DNA from: an uncultured Ignavibacteria bacterium
GTDB taxonomy: Bacteria; Zixibacteria; MSB-5A5; WJJR01
NCBI GenBank assembly: GCA_964371625.1
Contig: CAYJMP010000001.1
Coordinates: 1,492,601 to 1,556,600, forward strand
Direction: 5' to 3'
DNA: 64,000 nt
Both the position numbers and the translations under genes were made by a program. Each line of letters opens with the position of its first letter. Positions within the stretch are counted from its first letter, which is position 1. The notes below the pieces were generated by a model. The model worked only from the letters and a program-made list of their open reading frames with translations, did not search any database and had not been told where the DNA came from. Of this stretch, positions 46,509 to 57,500 are shown one piece after another.

Positions 46509-49500
46509 TTATTTCAGCAGCGTCATCTTCTTGGTTGCCGACCATTCCGGCGTGGTCACGCGGTAGAAGTACACACCGCTCGGGACCGTGGAGCCGTTCT
46601 GGTCCTGACCGTTCCACGCTACGCGCACTGTGCCGGCCGCATCGAAGCCCTCAAAGGTCTGCACCGTCTGGCCCATGATATTGTAGACCGTCAGGGTCCA
46701 TTGAGAAGCATTCTTGATCACGAACGGCATCACCGTGCCCGCGTTGAACGGGTTCGGATAGTTCTGCAAGAGCGAGTACTCGGTCGGTACGGCGCTCGCC
46801 TCATCAACGGTCAGCGCGATCGCCTGGTTGTCGCGATCGATCCAGCGCACGTCGTTTCCGGCGGACGCTGCCACACCGTTGACCTGGAAGCTCAACTCTT
46901 CACCGTACACCGCACCCTCGATCTCTGATGTCTGCGGCACATCGCCATAGACGTGGACCAGGAACGCGCCATTGGCGCCCACGGTGCCTTCACCGATCAA
47001 GGTGCCGGACGAGTTGCGGACCGAGATCGTCGAGCCCGCATTCAGATTCGACGAGTTCGCGTAGTAGTCGGCGACCATCGGCGTGGCCGTCACACGGCCC
47101 GACGTCGAATTCGCCACCAGCTTCGCCGTGCCTGCGAGACAGCCCTCGGCCTCGGCCGGATAGATCAGCGTATCTTCCGACTTCATCTTGATCCAGTAAC
47201 CGTGGCACGACTCCATACAGACCAGGTCGTTGTTCTGTGGTTCGCGCAGTTCGTTCCACGACGCCACACCATAACCGCAGATCAGGGTAAAGATGTGCGC
47301 GTAGTTGCCGTCCAGCGACTCGAGCGCATGCCCGAGGTTGTCCATCTCCATCGGGAGGTATGGAATGTAGTTCCAGCCCTCACAGAGGTAGATCGGCGTC
47401 GACGGGTCGATAACTTCACCCTCGATGCAGATTGTGTCTTCCTGCAACATATGGATGTCGTAGCCGAACCACGGCGACACGTCAACCAGGTCGTTGATCG
47501 GACGGTTCGCGAACCAGGAGATTGAACCGTAATCGCACAGTCCCGAACGAACCGCGTCATAGTTCAAGTCAATGGTCGCCAACACCGCTTCCCGCGCGTA
47601 ATCGGGGAGTTGTATGTTGTATGACCACATGTTCCAGCCTTCGCACAGAGTGCAGCAGAGTCCGGTCGGACGGCAATCCCACGCCGCGTCGAACCGGTAG
47701 CTGGCGAAGTTGAGCCAGGTATCCGGAGCCACCACCGGGCATTCGCAATTCAGCCACAGCGTGATCGAGTCGCCCGGCAGCGCGCCTTCGTCTTCCGGCG
47801 TCTTGATGTCATCGCCGAGAACGTGGATCAGATACGTGCCGGCGCTATCAAGCTCGACATAGGTGATGCCGCAAATCACGCCATCCGGATCGGTCGCGTA
47901 GATGACATCGCCCGGCTGGATCGGGAAGCCTTCAGAGGTCGCATCCGAAGAATAGTAGTCGGTGAAGTACGGCCAGTTCGGCAGCGGCACGAAGTTGATC
48001 GGGTCAAGATGGATGATCAACTCGCCGTCCTCGCATGACCACGGACCAACGACGTCGGTGCAGTACCCCTTCTTCCACGCGCGGATTTCATACTTCTCGC
48101 CGGGGGTCACGGCGAAGCAGAACTTGCCCCAGTCCGTCGTGGTGGAGGTGATCAGCACGCCATCCGGATACGACGTCCACAGTTCAACCGTCGCGTCGTC
48201 AAGTCCGCAGAGGCTCTTTTGTTCGAAGCAGTCGCTGTTGTACACCCAGCCGCAGATCGAATCGCATTCGACTGTGTCGCGCGGGCAGATACGCAACTCG
48301 ACTCTCACCCACTGCTGGGCATCGATCGCGCACAGCTTGTTGCCGGTGACACAGATCGAGTCGATGATCGTATCGCAGACTTCCGGACACTTGATCGAAT
48401 CCGGGTTCAAGCTGACATAGAACGTGTCGTCCGCGGTGCCGTCGCTCGGCTCAACATTGAACCAGTTGGCATCCCACGTGGCCACCCATTCCAGCACGCC
48501 GCCGTCGGCATTGCTGACGTACACGGGCAGCGGATTGGCCTTCTGATCGCAGAAGATCTCGAAGAGCAGATTCTTCGGCTCAACAACCATGATCGGCTGG
48601 GCCTCGACGACGAGCTTGACCACCAGTTGATCGCAACCGGAGATCACATCGGCGCCCTTTTCGCACGGACAGAACGTTACAGTCTGATAGTATGTGCCGA
48701 CCGCCAGCGTGCACGGATCGACGCAGATTTCGATCTCGCCCGGTGTCGTGCCGGAGGTCGGATCGACCCAAACCCAACCGGTCTCGCCAACCAGCGACCA
48801 GCACGTCTCCTCGCAACCCAGCTTGGCGATATTGACCGGCAAGCAGAGCTTGTCGTTCCAGATGTCGCCGGTGTAGGTGAAGGACAGCGTGTCAGTATCG
48901 AGGACCACACCCGGCGTGTCCTGGTTGGTCTCGAAGATCACGTAGAACGAATCCGAGATCGCGCCCGGGGCGTTGTGCAAGTACACCCAGCCCTCGACGG
49001 TGGCCGCGACGCCCGTGGCGCACGCGATCACATCGACCAAGGCCGGTCCGTTGCCCGGATTCGGCGAAACGCTGATGCCCGGAACCGCGGTCTCGGCCTG
49101 GTAGAAGCACTCCTCACCCTTATTCGGGGAGATACAGAAGATATCGACCTGCTGCGTGTCGCAGCCACAGGTCACCTTGAACGTCAACGTGTCGGTCTCA
49201 TCCGTCACGTGCGGTCCCGGAACCTCTTGCGACGGCGGCAACACTGTGATCGTGAAGCAGCATGAATCGAAGTTCTGCGCCGCATCATACGCGCGACAGC
49301 AGACCGTGTAGGGACCGCCGACCAGGAAGAAAGCCCCGGACGACGAGTCACAATCGTATGTGACGCCCGGGCAGTTGTCTGTGGCACCCGTCGTCCAGTT
49401 CACCACGGCGCCAGTCTGACCAAACGCGGCGTTAATCGTGATGTTGTCAGAGCACGTAATGACCGGAACTTCGGTGTCTTCAACTGTAACGTTGAAGAAG

Positions 49501-52445
49501 CACGTGTCCTTATTCCCCGCGTTGTCAGCCACGATGTGCCTGACCTGCGTGGTTCCGACCGGGAAGAACGATCCGGCCGGTGGGGAATAGACGCTGCTTG
49601 CGACTTCACAATTGTCCGTGGAGCCAACACCGTTGGCCAAGAAGTCAAAGATCGCGCCGCATTGGGCGGGATCGTTGGGTATTGTAAAGTCATCCGGGCA
49701 GAAGGCGACAGGATGTTCCGTATCGCTGACTGTCACCGTCGTCCAGCACGTATCCGAGGCATTGCCGGCATTGTCATAGGCCACGACCGACATGTCCCAG
49801 ATGCCGACAGGAATGTCGTAGCACTCGACGCCCTTGGTCGAGAAGACCGCTTTGACCGGCGTGTAGATCACCACGGTGATCAAATTCAAACCGCAGTTAT
49901 CGTCTCCGCCAACCACGGGGTTAATATCTTCAACGCAGATCTGACCACTGCAGAAACCGGGATCGTTATCGACATTGATCGGGCCGCACGTCACCGTCGG
50001 CGGCGTGTTGTCGACCACCGTCACGAAAGCCGAGCAGGTATCTTCGTCGCCTTCGTCATCGGTCACGGTCAGGAGAACGAGAGTCGATCCCAAGCTGTAC
50101 GGTCCGGGCGGGGCCTGAGACGTTGTCACCGAACCGCCGTCCGGATCATTCGAACCATTGTTGATGTCGGCGTTCGCTTCGCAGTTGGTATCGGCGTCGA
50201 CGATACGGTCGGTGCAGAGTGCCACTGGCGGAACCTTCACATCCGGCAGCTCTTCAACGGTGACGCTGAAGTGGCAGGTATCGGCGTTGCCGCAGTTGTC
50301 TGTGGCAATCACTTCGATATCATAGTTGCCCGGAACCGTGAACGACGTACCCAACGGCGGATTGTAGCTGATGTCCACCGACGGATCGCAATTGTCGCTG
50401 GCCGAAGCCGCACTGTAGGAGACGTTGACCGACGGCGTACCAAACGGCACCTGCACGAGCGTGTCGTTCGGACAGGTCACGACCGGCGCGATCGCGTCGC
50501 GAATCGCAAACACCTGTTCGCAGCCTTGCTCATTACCGGCGGCATCGGATAGGATATAGAAGTATTTGAAATACCCGGTGCATTCATCAGCAGTCGGCTG
50601 TTGTCCGCTCCAGTTCAGGTTGAACGGCCCGGGGCAGTTGTCGGTGATCGTCCCGCCCGCCGTGAGGAAGGCCGCGACGTCCGCAAGGTGCGCCGGAACG
50701 TCGTCGAAACACGCCACCGTCACCGTATCCGGGCAGACAACCACCGGAGCGGTGTTATCCTCGACGGTGACCGTCGCATCGCAGGTATCGGCCAAACCAC
50801 CCTGGTCGGTGACGATCAACTTCACCGGGTTCGCACCAAGAGCGTACGGTCCGGCGGGTTCGAGAGCCAGGATCAGGTTGGTGCCGTCCTCGTTGTCATT
50901 CGAGCCGTTGTTGACCTGGGCCGCAGTCGCGCTGCCCTGGCAATTGCCGTCAGCGTCCACAACGACATTCTGGCAAACCGCGGTCGGCGGCGTGTTCCCC
51001 GGCGGATCTTCAATGATTGTCACATTGAAGAAGCAGGTGTCGGCGTTGCCGCACAGGTCGCTTGCGATCAGACGAACCTGCGTCGTTCCCACATTGAATG
51101 TGGAGTTCGACAACGGCGAATGAATGATGTTGACGTTATTGCAATTGTCCGTGATGTCAGCGTCCGAATAAAGCACAGCTGTGCTCGTCGTCCCGTTCGG
51201 AAGATGGATTGTCGTGTCGTTGGGACAGGCCGTGATCACCGGCGCTTCCGTGTCATCCACCGTGATCAATTGCGCGCAGGTGTCCGCGTTGCCGGCGTCA
51301 TCGGTAAGCACATAAAGGCGCGTGATGACCTCCGGGCAGGACTGCCCATCACTGGTCTGACCCGCGTACGAGAACGTCCAACCCGCACCCGCGCAGTTGT
51401 CGGCGAAGGTTCCGCCAGCGGTGAGGAAAGCCGCCGCGTCGGCATAGGCCGCCGGAATATTGGCCGAACACTGCACCGCGATGTCGCCCGGGCAGGTGAT
51501 GGCCGGGTCCGTATCATCGACAACCGTGATCGTCGCACTGCACGAATCAACATCGCCGTCATCGTCGGTGACAACCAACCAAACAGGATTGGCGCCCAAT
51601 GCATACGGCGGGCCGGGATGCAGGACCATGCTTTGGATCGTGCCATCTGAATCTGTCGAGCCATTATCCACCAAATCGGCGGTCGCGTCCCCTTGGCAAA
51701 GGCCGTTGGCCGCCACTTGGATATTTTGGCAAACGGCATTCGGCGGAACATTCGGAACCTGCACGCACGAACCGGTTCCGACTGTGATGAAGCCGGGAGT
51801 GAAGTCCGGCTGAACTGCCGAGGTAAATTCATCAACGAAGGTTAAATGACTTGCAGGCTTGGTGCACATCGTGTCGATGATGATGCAGCCGTTTGTCGCC
51901 TTGAGGTTGAAGCGGATCAGAAGGGATGCATTTGGTGTGCCCGCTCCGTCCGCACCCGGGGCGAGGAAAATGTCCTCGCCGATATCAGGATCGCCCGTGC
52001 TGACGGATGCGAACAACATGGCATCTGGGCTGTGCCCGTCAAATTGAGCGCCTGCCGCACCCCAGCCATAGTCACCACCGCCGGTGCAGTTTGCACCTGC
52101 GGCCTCCGGCACCGCATATTTGCGGGTGGTTACACTCGCAGCCGGCCCATTGGGGTTTGCGTTGCCAAGCGCGCTGTTGTTCATCCGATTCGCGTTGACA
52201 AGCCCCCAAAACGATGTCGTCGATGTCCCGGAGTCGATCTCGGCGCCGCCGTTGAAGGATCGGATCTCCAGTGGGACGACGATGCCCTGAATGTTTATGT
52301 CATTGGTGATGAAGACACCAACGCTACAGGGTGCCGCGTCGGCCGCGTAAGTCCGCGACTCGACCACGACGGAGTTAACCGCATTCGCGGTTGCCGCCCA
52401 CAAACAGAGAAGCAGACAACACGCGATGAGTGCTACCTTTTTCAT
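46509..52445 (-). CDS. Giant (about 1980 aa) cell-surface protein with repeated HYR-like domains and a T9SS C-terminal sorting domain
   Basis: Start at MKKVALIACCLLLCLWAATANA, preceded by AAAGGAGAG. Repeated HYR-type endings are DLCGNADTCFFNVTIIE, DNCGNADTCHFSVTVEE, DNAGNKDTCFFNVTVED and DNAGNASDTCWTTVTVSD. The C-terminal LLQNYPNPFNAGTVMPF...YFYRVTTPEWSATKKMTLLK is a T9SS CTD. The many antisense ORFs within it are judged spurious. Confidence 0.8.
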   Translation of the reverse strand: MKKVALIACCLLLCLWAATANAVNSVVVESRTYAADAAPCSVGVFITNDINIQGIVVPLEIRSFNGGAEIDSGTSTTSFWGLVNANRMNNSALGNANPNGPAASVTTRKYAVPEAAGANCTGGGDYGWGAAGAQFDGHSPDAMLFASVSTGDPDIGEDIFLAPGADGAGTPNASLLIRFNLKATNGCIIIDTMCTKPASHLTFVDEFTSAVQPDFTPGFITVGTGSCVQVPNVPPNAVCQNIQVAANGLCQGDATADLVDNGSTDSDGTIQSMVLHPGPPYALGANPVWLVVTDDDGDVDSCSATITVVDDTDPAITCPGDIAVQCSANIPAAYADAAAFLTAGGTFADNCAGAGWTFSYAGQTSDGQSCPEVITRLYVLTDDAGNADTCAQLITVDDTEAPVITACPNDTTIHLPNGTTSTAVLYSDADITDNCNNVNIIHSPLSNSTFNVGTTQVRLIASDLCGNADTCFFNVTIIEDPPGNTPPTAVCQNVVVDADGNCQGSATAAQVNNGSNDNEDGTNLILALEPAGPYALGANPVKLIVTDQGGLADTCDATVTVEDNTAPVVVCPDTVTVACFDDVPAHLADVAAFLTAGGTITDNCPGPFNLNWSGQQPTADECTGYFKYFYILSDAAGNEQGCEQVFAIRDAIAPVVTCPNDTLVQVPFGTPSVNVSYSAASASDNCDPSVDISYNPPLGTSFTVPGNYDIEVIATDNCGNADTCHFSVTVEELPDVKVPPVALCTDRIVDADTNCEANADINNGSNDPDGGSVTTSQAPPGPYSLGSTLVLLTVTDDEGDEDTCSAFVTVVDNTPPTVTCGPINVDNDPGFCSGQICVEDINPVVGGDDNCGLNLITVVIYTPVKAVFSTKGVECYDIPVGIWDMSVVAYDNAGNASDTCWTTVTVSDTEHPVAFCPDDFTIPNDPAQCGAIFDFLANGVGSTDNCEVASSVYSPPAGSFFPVGTTQVRHIVADNAGNKDTCFFNVTVEDTEVPVITCSDNITINAAFGQTGAVVNWTTGATDNCPGVTYDCDSSSGAFFLVGGPYTVCCRAYDAAQNFDSCCFTITVLPPSQEVPGPHVTDETDTLTFKVTCGCDTQQVDIFCISPNKGEECFYQAETAVPGISVSPNPGNGPALVDVIACATGVAATVEGWVYLHNAPGAISDSFYVIFETNQDTPGVVLDTDTLSFTYTGDIWNDKLCLPVNIAKLGCEETCWSLVGETGWVWVDPTSGTTPGEIEICVDPCTLAVGTYYQTVTFCPCEKGADVISGCDQLVVKLVVEAQPIMVVEPKNLLFEIFCDQKANPLPVYVSNADGGVLEWVATWDANWFNVEPSDGTADDTFYVSLNPDSIKCPEVCDTIIDSICVTGNKLCAIDAQQWVRVELRICPRDTVECDSICGWVYNSDCFEQKSLCGLDDATVELWTSYPDGVLITSTTTDWGKFCFAVTPGEKYEIRAWKKGYCTDVVGPWSCEDGELIIHLDPINFVPLPNWPYFTDYYSSDATSEGFPIQPGDVIYATDPDGVICGITYVELDSAGTYLIHVLGDDIKTPEDEGALPGDSITLWLNCECPVVAPDTWLNFASYRFDAAWDCRPTGLCCTLCEGWNMWSYNIQLPDYAREAVLATIDLNYDAVRSGLCDYGSISWFANRPINDLVDVSPWFGYDIHMLQEDTICIEGEVIDPSTPIYLCEGWNYIPYLPMEMDNLGHALESLDGNYAHIFTLICGYGVASWNELREPQNNDLVCMESCHGYWIKMKSEDTLIYPAEAEGCLAGTAKLVANSTSGRVTATPMVADYYANSSNLNAGSTISVRNSSGTLIGEGTVGANGAFLVHVYGDVPQTSEIEGAVYGEELSFQVNGVAASAGNDVRWIDRDNQAIALTVDEASAVPTEYSLLQNYPNPFNAGTVMPFVIKNASQWTLTVYNIMGQTVQTFEGFDAAGTVRVAWNGQDQNGSTVPSGVYFYRVTTPEWSATKKMTLLK

Positions 52446-52540
52446 TCGTGCTCTCCTTTTGAGGAAAGTGTTATGATTTGTTCGCATCATTCTATTTGCA
52501 CGTTGGAACTCCGCCAGAGACGCGGAGCGGTCCTTCTTGT

Positions 52541-52918
52541 CTAACGGCTCCCCCCGAAGACAAATGCGCGAAGTTGATCCTGTGTAAATCCGATGAAAAG
52601 TCGCCGCCCGAAGCTGTAAAAACACGCCGAAATTGCCGAGGCCGCCCACTTGAACGGAAGGGCAAAAGATGCATACCGCCTGGTCTTCGGCAACGTGATC
52701 ACGAAACGGCGAAGTTGTGCGTCAGTTAAACGGATGCGCTCACTGAGCGCAACAAACCGGTTGGTAAAGGCGAAGTTGTCCCCGCTGATAAAAGAAAGGT
52801 CAATGACCGCAACGTCCAGCCTAGACCCGGACGGGGTCGCCCGACCGACTTCTATGATAAGCTTTTCAGTCAACTTGTCAATATCCATCCCGGAGATTCC
52901 TAACTCAGTCCATACCAA
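52541..52918 (-). CDS. Hypothetical small protein (weak call)
   Basis: 125-aa ORF immediately upstream of the giant gene; no recognisable motif and no clear RBS. Confidence 0.2.
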   Translation of the reverse strand: MVWTELGISGMDIDKLTEKLIIEVGRATPSGSRLDVAVIDLSFISGDNFAFTNRFVALSERIRLTDAQLRRFVITLPKTRRYASFALPFKWAASAISACFYSFGRRLFIGFTQDQLRAFVFGGSR

Positions 52919-53064
52919 TAGAGAAGTCCCGTAGATATCGCATTCAGTATGCCAACAGCATACCGAAACCGCCGATTACATAACACTCTGTAGTCCAGCG
53001 CCTTACACCATCCGACCCCACGCGGCCCGCCACGGCCCCGCCGCCGCACTCCTGCAACCCTTTG

Positions 53065-53610
53065 CGCACATTTTAGGAGGACAGGCATTCTTGCCTGTCG
53101 TATCGCCACCACGGAGATCACCCCGCGTCCACCGCAAAGAACACCGGCCCACGAATCAGAGACAGGAGGACAGGCATTCTTGCCTGTCGTATCGTCGCAA
53201 ATTGGCGGCGGTTCGTTCGCCGCCGATTGGTGGCGATATCCCCCCTGCGCGGAGATCATCCCGGCGTCCACCGCAAAGAACACCGGCCCTCTCGGGCCGG
53301 TGTGGACAGGCAGGAATGCCTGTCCTCCTGATTAACAATTAGACGTTGGTTCCTCTAATCCCGGATCATCGGTGACGATATCCCCGCGCGGAGATCACCC
53401 CGGCGTCCACCGCAAAGAACACCGGCCCTCCGAACCATGCCCAGGAGGACAGGCATTCTTGCCTGTCGTATCGTCACCAATTGGCGGCGGCTTCTTCGCC
53501 GCCGATTGGTGACGATATCCCGCACGCGGAGATCACCCCGGCGTCCACCGCAAAGAACACCGGCCCTTTCGGGCCGGTGTGGACAGGCAGGAATGCCTGT
53601 CCTCCTGATT
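53065..53610. repeat. Array of nested palindromic REP/REPIN-like repeats (at least 3 units), 5' of a RAYT gene
   Basis: Each unit begins with AGGAGGACAGGCATTCTTGCCTGTCGTATCGTC(A/G)CCAATTGGCGGCGG and ends with ...GGTGTGGACAGGCAGGAATGCCTGTCCTCCTGATTTACAA; the ends are ~24-bp terminal inverted repeats. Each end is itself a hairpin GACAGGCA-TTCT-TGCCTGTC. An inner inverted pair is CAATTGGCGGCGG/CCGCCGATTGG. Spacing is irregular and there are no unique spacers, so this is not a CRISPR array. Confidence 0.6.
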
Positions 53611-53638
53611 TACAAGTGATTGACAACTTCTTATCCAC

Positions 53639-54100
53639 TTGCGATCGATGCGACGCATGGCTGACTTATCGATTTCGCATCGGCATCTGCCGCACTGGTC
53701 GTTGAACGGCGCCTGGTATTATGTGACTTTCTGCTTGGGATCCGGAACACTTACGGACCAAGAGCAGCAATTGGTCCTGGGACACATCAAGAGCGGACAT
53801 CCGAAGTTCTATCGATTGACCGCTCTTTGTGTGATGCCGGACCACGTGCATGTCATTCTGTCACCCAATAACGGCCGCAAGATCTCCGACATCATGAAAG
53901 GCATCAAGGGCGTCTCTTCGAGGGATATCAATCGACTTCGAGGGGTGCGCGGGGCGCTATGGCAGGGCGAGTCCTGGGACCGAATCTTGAGGGACGAAGG
54001 AGAATTCCAGGAGAAACTCAAGTACATGTTGATGAACCCCGTTGAAGAGGGACTGACCGATGATCCTTGGACATATCGAGGTTGGTTCCTCCAATCATGA
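53639..54100 (+). mobile_element. REP-associated tyrosine transposase (RAYT, IS200/IS605 TnpA-like HUH Y1 transposase)
   Basis: The HUH motif is MPDHVHVILSP. The catalytic Tyr region is KLKYMLMNPVEEGL. 153 aa. Flanked on both sides by the REP units. Confidence 0.75.
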
Positions 54101-54145
54101 TTCACATCCTTTCCCGCATCCATCGCAAAAAGCACCTCTGATTCC

Positions 54146-54410
54146 CAGGAGGACAGGCATTCTTGCCTGTCGTATCGTCACCAATTGGCGGCGGCTTTCG
54201 CGAAGCGCCCTGAGCAAAGTCGAAAGGGTGCCGCCGATTGGTGACGATATCCCCGCGCGGAGATCACCCCGGCGTCCACCGCAAAGAACACCGGCCCTCT
54301 CGGGCCGGTGTGCACAGGCAGGAATGCCTGTCCTCCTGATTTACAATTAGACGTTGGTTCCTCTAATCGCGGATCATTGGTGACGATATCCCACACGCGC
54401 GCCATCGTCA
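54146..54410. repeat. Fourth REP/REPIN unit plus partial unit, 3' of the RAYT gene
   Basis: Same AGGAGGACAGGCATTCTTGCCTGTCGTATCGTCACCAATTGGCGGCGG ... GACAGGCAGGAATGCCTGTCCTCC ends as at 53065..53610; the trailing partial copy is TAGACGTTGGTTCCTCTAATCGCGGATCATTGGTGACGATATCCC. Confidence 0.6.
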
Positions 54411-54425
54411 AGCACACAACAAAAA

Positions 54426-54464
54426 CCAAACGGGGTGGAGGATTTCTCCTCCACCCCGTTTTGG
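54426..54464 (-). terminator. Rho-independent terminator candidate for the 54514..57936 gene
   Basis: Perfect 15-bp stem AAACGGGGTGGAGGA-TTTC-TCCTCCACCCCGTTT; on the minus strand it is followed by TTGGTTTTTGTTGTG. Confidence 0.55.
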
Positions 54465-54513
54465 AATTTCGTCGTCAGGATGACCGCTTAGACGGCCACC
54501 TGCCGATTGTCGA

Positions 54514-57500
54514 CTACGGTTTCCACTTCACGCACGGATCGACGAACGAGTTGTTCGCGGTGATCGCCACGTTACGGAACGCCACGCCGACCATCTTCGT
54601 CACGTCGAGAACGTCGATTGCGCCACTGGCGTCGACGTCACGGCTGTCGAAGTTGCAACCGGCCTGGGCAGGCTTGTCGCTCGCCGTGCCCGAAGGATCG
54701 ATCGCAGGATCAACGATCACGTTACGGAAGGCGCCGCCGACGACGTGAGTCACGTCGAGCACGGTCGCGCTGCCATCGCAAGCGGGATCATAACGGCACG
54801 GACAAATCGCGCAGCCGCTGAACGCGCCACCATTCACCAACGCCGCCGCCGCATCGACCTTCGCCTTGAAGGCAACATCATCGAGCGTGTCGGAAACGAG
54901 GATGGCATAGTGGCTTCTCACGGTCGTCGTGCGATACGTTCCGGCAACAGTCTGGAAGGTCTGGCCGTTGTCGAATCCGACCATCACGTACAGATCGGTA
55001 TCCGCGACTTCGCCAACTTCGACGCCGGAAACGGTTTGCAACAACTGGTACAGGTGGCCGTCAGAAGGACCGCCCGCGGTCTGGTTGTCGATGTTGTTTC
55101 CAACATACGCGCCGTTAAAGTCGGAGGCCGACGGTACGGCGATACCGGCGCGGAAACGCTCGGCGGTATTCTGAGGAGTCGGAGTGGTTCCGACCCGGTT
55201 CACGCCACGAACGTACGCGAGGTTGCGTGTCGCGTCGCCCAAGCCGTGGTTCGTCGCGCCGCTCTGCATGGTGTCGATCGGGTTGCGCTGGGCCGGGATC
55301 ATATCCAAGTCAGCCAGCATACCCGTGGTGACGCCGCTCACCGGCAACGTCGCCTCCGGGCCCGGGAAGACCAGATAGTTGACGATGACAACTTCGTCAG
55401 CACTGATATCCTGCGGGAAGTACCAGCTCACGTTGACGCCCATGATCGAGTCGCGGGTGCTCATGTACGCACCGGCTGTGGCGTACGGCTGAGCGCCGAC
55501 GTACCCGAGCGTGTCAACCCACAGCGAACTCTGCGAACGGAAGCCATTCTGGCCGTTCGAGAGACGGTCAAAGAAGCGGAGGAACACGGTGGTGTCTGTT
55601 GGTCCCTGCGTTCCATGCGCCATCAGAAGCGACGCATCAAAGAAGCTCGACGATGAGTCGGAATTACGCCACAGACCGCCCTCGTCTTCTTGTGATCCAA
55701 ATCGACCGCTGCTCTGAACGTCCAGCGCGAGCGAACCCGGGCTCGCCACACCGGTCTTGAGAATCTCCGCTTGCGGACAGAAGAAGATGTCGAAAACGAA
55801 GAATTCAACCGGATAGACGCGCGGGCTGGGGTTTTCGGTCGTGGCCGCGTTGTGCGAAATCGAGATCTGGCCCATGTAGAGACCTTCGGCCGCGTTGTTC
55901 GACGCCATGTTGACCGTCATGTCAATGTCCGGATCGCCGGCGGGAATCGAATAGGCGCCCAGGGCATGACCCGTAATCGACAGAGTCGGAAGTCCGGTGA
56001 AATCCGTCAAAGCAATACCAGCGCCGCCACCCTGATTCAACGTGGCATTACCCAGGTTGAGGATCGACAGCGGAGCCGTCGTTGCTCCCGCGCGCGGGGC
56101 ATTGTATTCGCACAACGGATCGGTGCCCAACGTGGCTTCGAACACCGGAGCGATCAACGGGCACACGCCCGCCGGAGCGATGCCGGAGCCCGAAAGCTGC
56201 AGGTAGTGCACCGGGTTCAACTGCCAGGAGCCTTCACCCTGCGGAATGCCACCAGCATCCATGTCGCTGACGAAGAACAGATCGATGTCTTTCACCACAC
56301 GGCCGATCGTCGACCAGTGCTCGGAACGGCAAACGCTGTCCGGATTGGCCGGCAGACCGGTACCGATGTCGGCGAGACCCGGCTGGCAGCCTGGGGTCTT
56401 GGTGTTGGTCAGGTTGACCGGCGGTGACCAGGTGTTGCCACCCGTGTTCGAAATGGCCAGGTAGATTTCGCCATTCATGTAGCCGCCGTTGCGGCCTTCG
56501 AACGAATACTCGGAAGAGTAATCAGCCAACTGGGCCGGCGTGTTGCCGCCAAACTGCGTGTACGTCACATACACGTAGTTGTTGTTCGAGCCGCCGCCGC
56601 ACGTCGTCGAACCATCGCCAATACCCATCGTGAGCTTGGTCAGGTTCAAGTTGAACACGCCGGTCGAGACCGGGCGGTCCCAGTAGCCGAGGGCCACGGT
56701 GCGGATCGTCGGAACGTTGTTGCTCCAGTGCTTAATCGCGATGTGCTCGCTGTTGGCGTTTTCCTGCTCGTCCCACATGATGTGCAGGTTGCCGGAATTG
56801 TCATAGGTCGTGGTCAGATGCACCCACGAGGTAAACATGTCCGGCAGGCCATAGTTGGTCACCATCGTCGGGGTCGGAACCGGATCGACGTTTGGCACAA
56901 GCGCCAACCAGTCGGTGCCGTTCGTGAGCGACTCGATGTAACCGACGTTGCTGTAGCCACCCTCGGTCTCATGGGTGACGATGGCCACTTTATTGCTGGT
57001 GGCATCGGCGCCCAGCACATAGCTGATGTCCCCGGTCGTACCAACAAACGCCGGGCCCGACCACACGCTGACACCGTCAAAACGCCAGTACCACAACTTG
57101 TGGGTCGGGCAGTCGTTGGTGTTCGTGTGGGCGATTTCGTGAAGAATGGCGTTGGAACGGTCGGCAGTCAGACGCGGCCAGAGAACGCCGCCGGTGCCGC
57201 CGCCGGTGCCGGCGCAGCTATTGTCCTGACCGGTGAGACCATAAATCTGGTAAGTGTCATCACCGAACGGGAGTTGCGCGTGCCACGGCTCGTAGGGCTC
57301 GAGAGTGTAGTCGTTCTCGGCCTGGTGCAGGGCAATCTGCGCGTGATTGAGATTGTCCACGTCGATGCCGCAATAGCCGCCGCGGTTCGTCGCGCCGGTG
57401 ATTTCGATACCGTTGTAGCCGGTGCCGATGGTCATCGACGGATACGCGCCCGGATCGTCGTATCCCGAATACAGCACATACCGGTCAGAGTTTTCCCCTG

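Noticed and set aside
46928-51650. Numerous 100-350-aa plus-strand ORFs (for example 48219..49265, 49536..50552, 50601..51650)
   Set aside because: All are antisense within the 5.9-kb HYR/T9SS gene. Their translations are Arg/Val/Asp-rich low-complexity, typical of the reverse strand of a Thr/Gly/Asp-rich high-GC gene.
53065-54410. Possible CRISPR array (repeated units with conserved ends)
   Set aside because: The units are about 170 bp with internal inverted repeats and terminal inverted repeats, not 28-37-bp direct repeats separated by unique spacers, and a RAYT rather than cas genes is adjacent. They are REP/REPIN elements.
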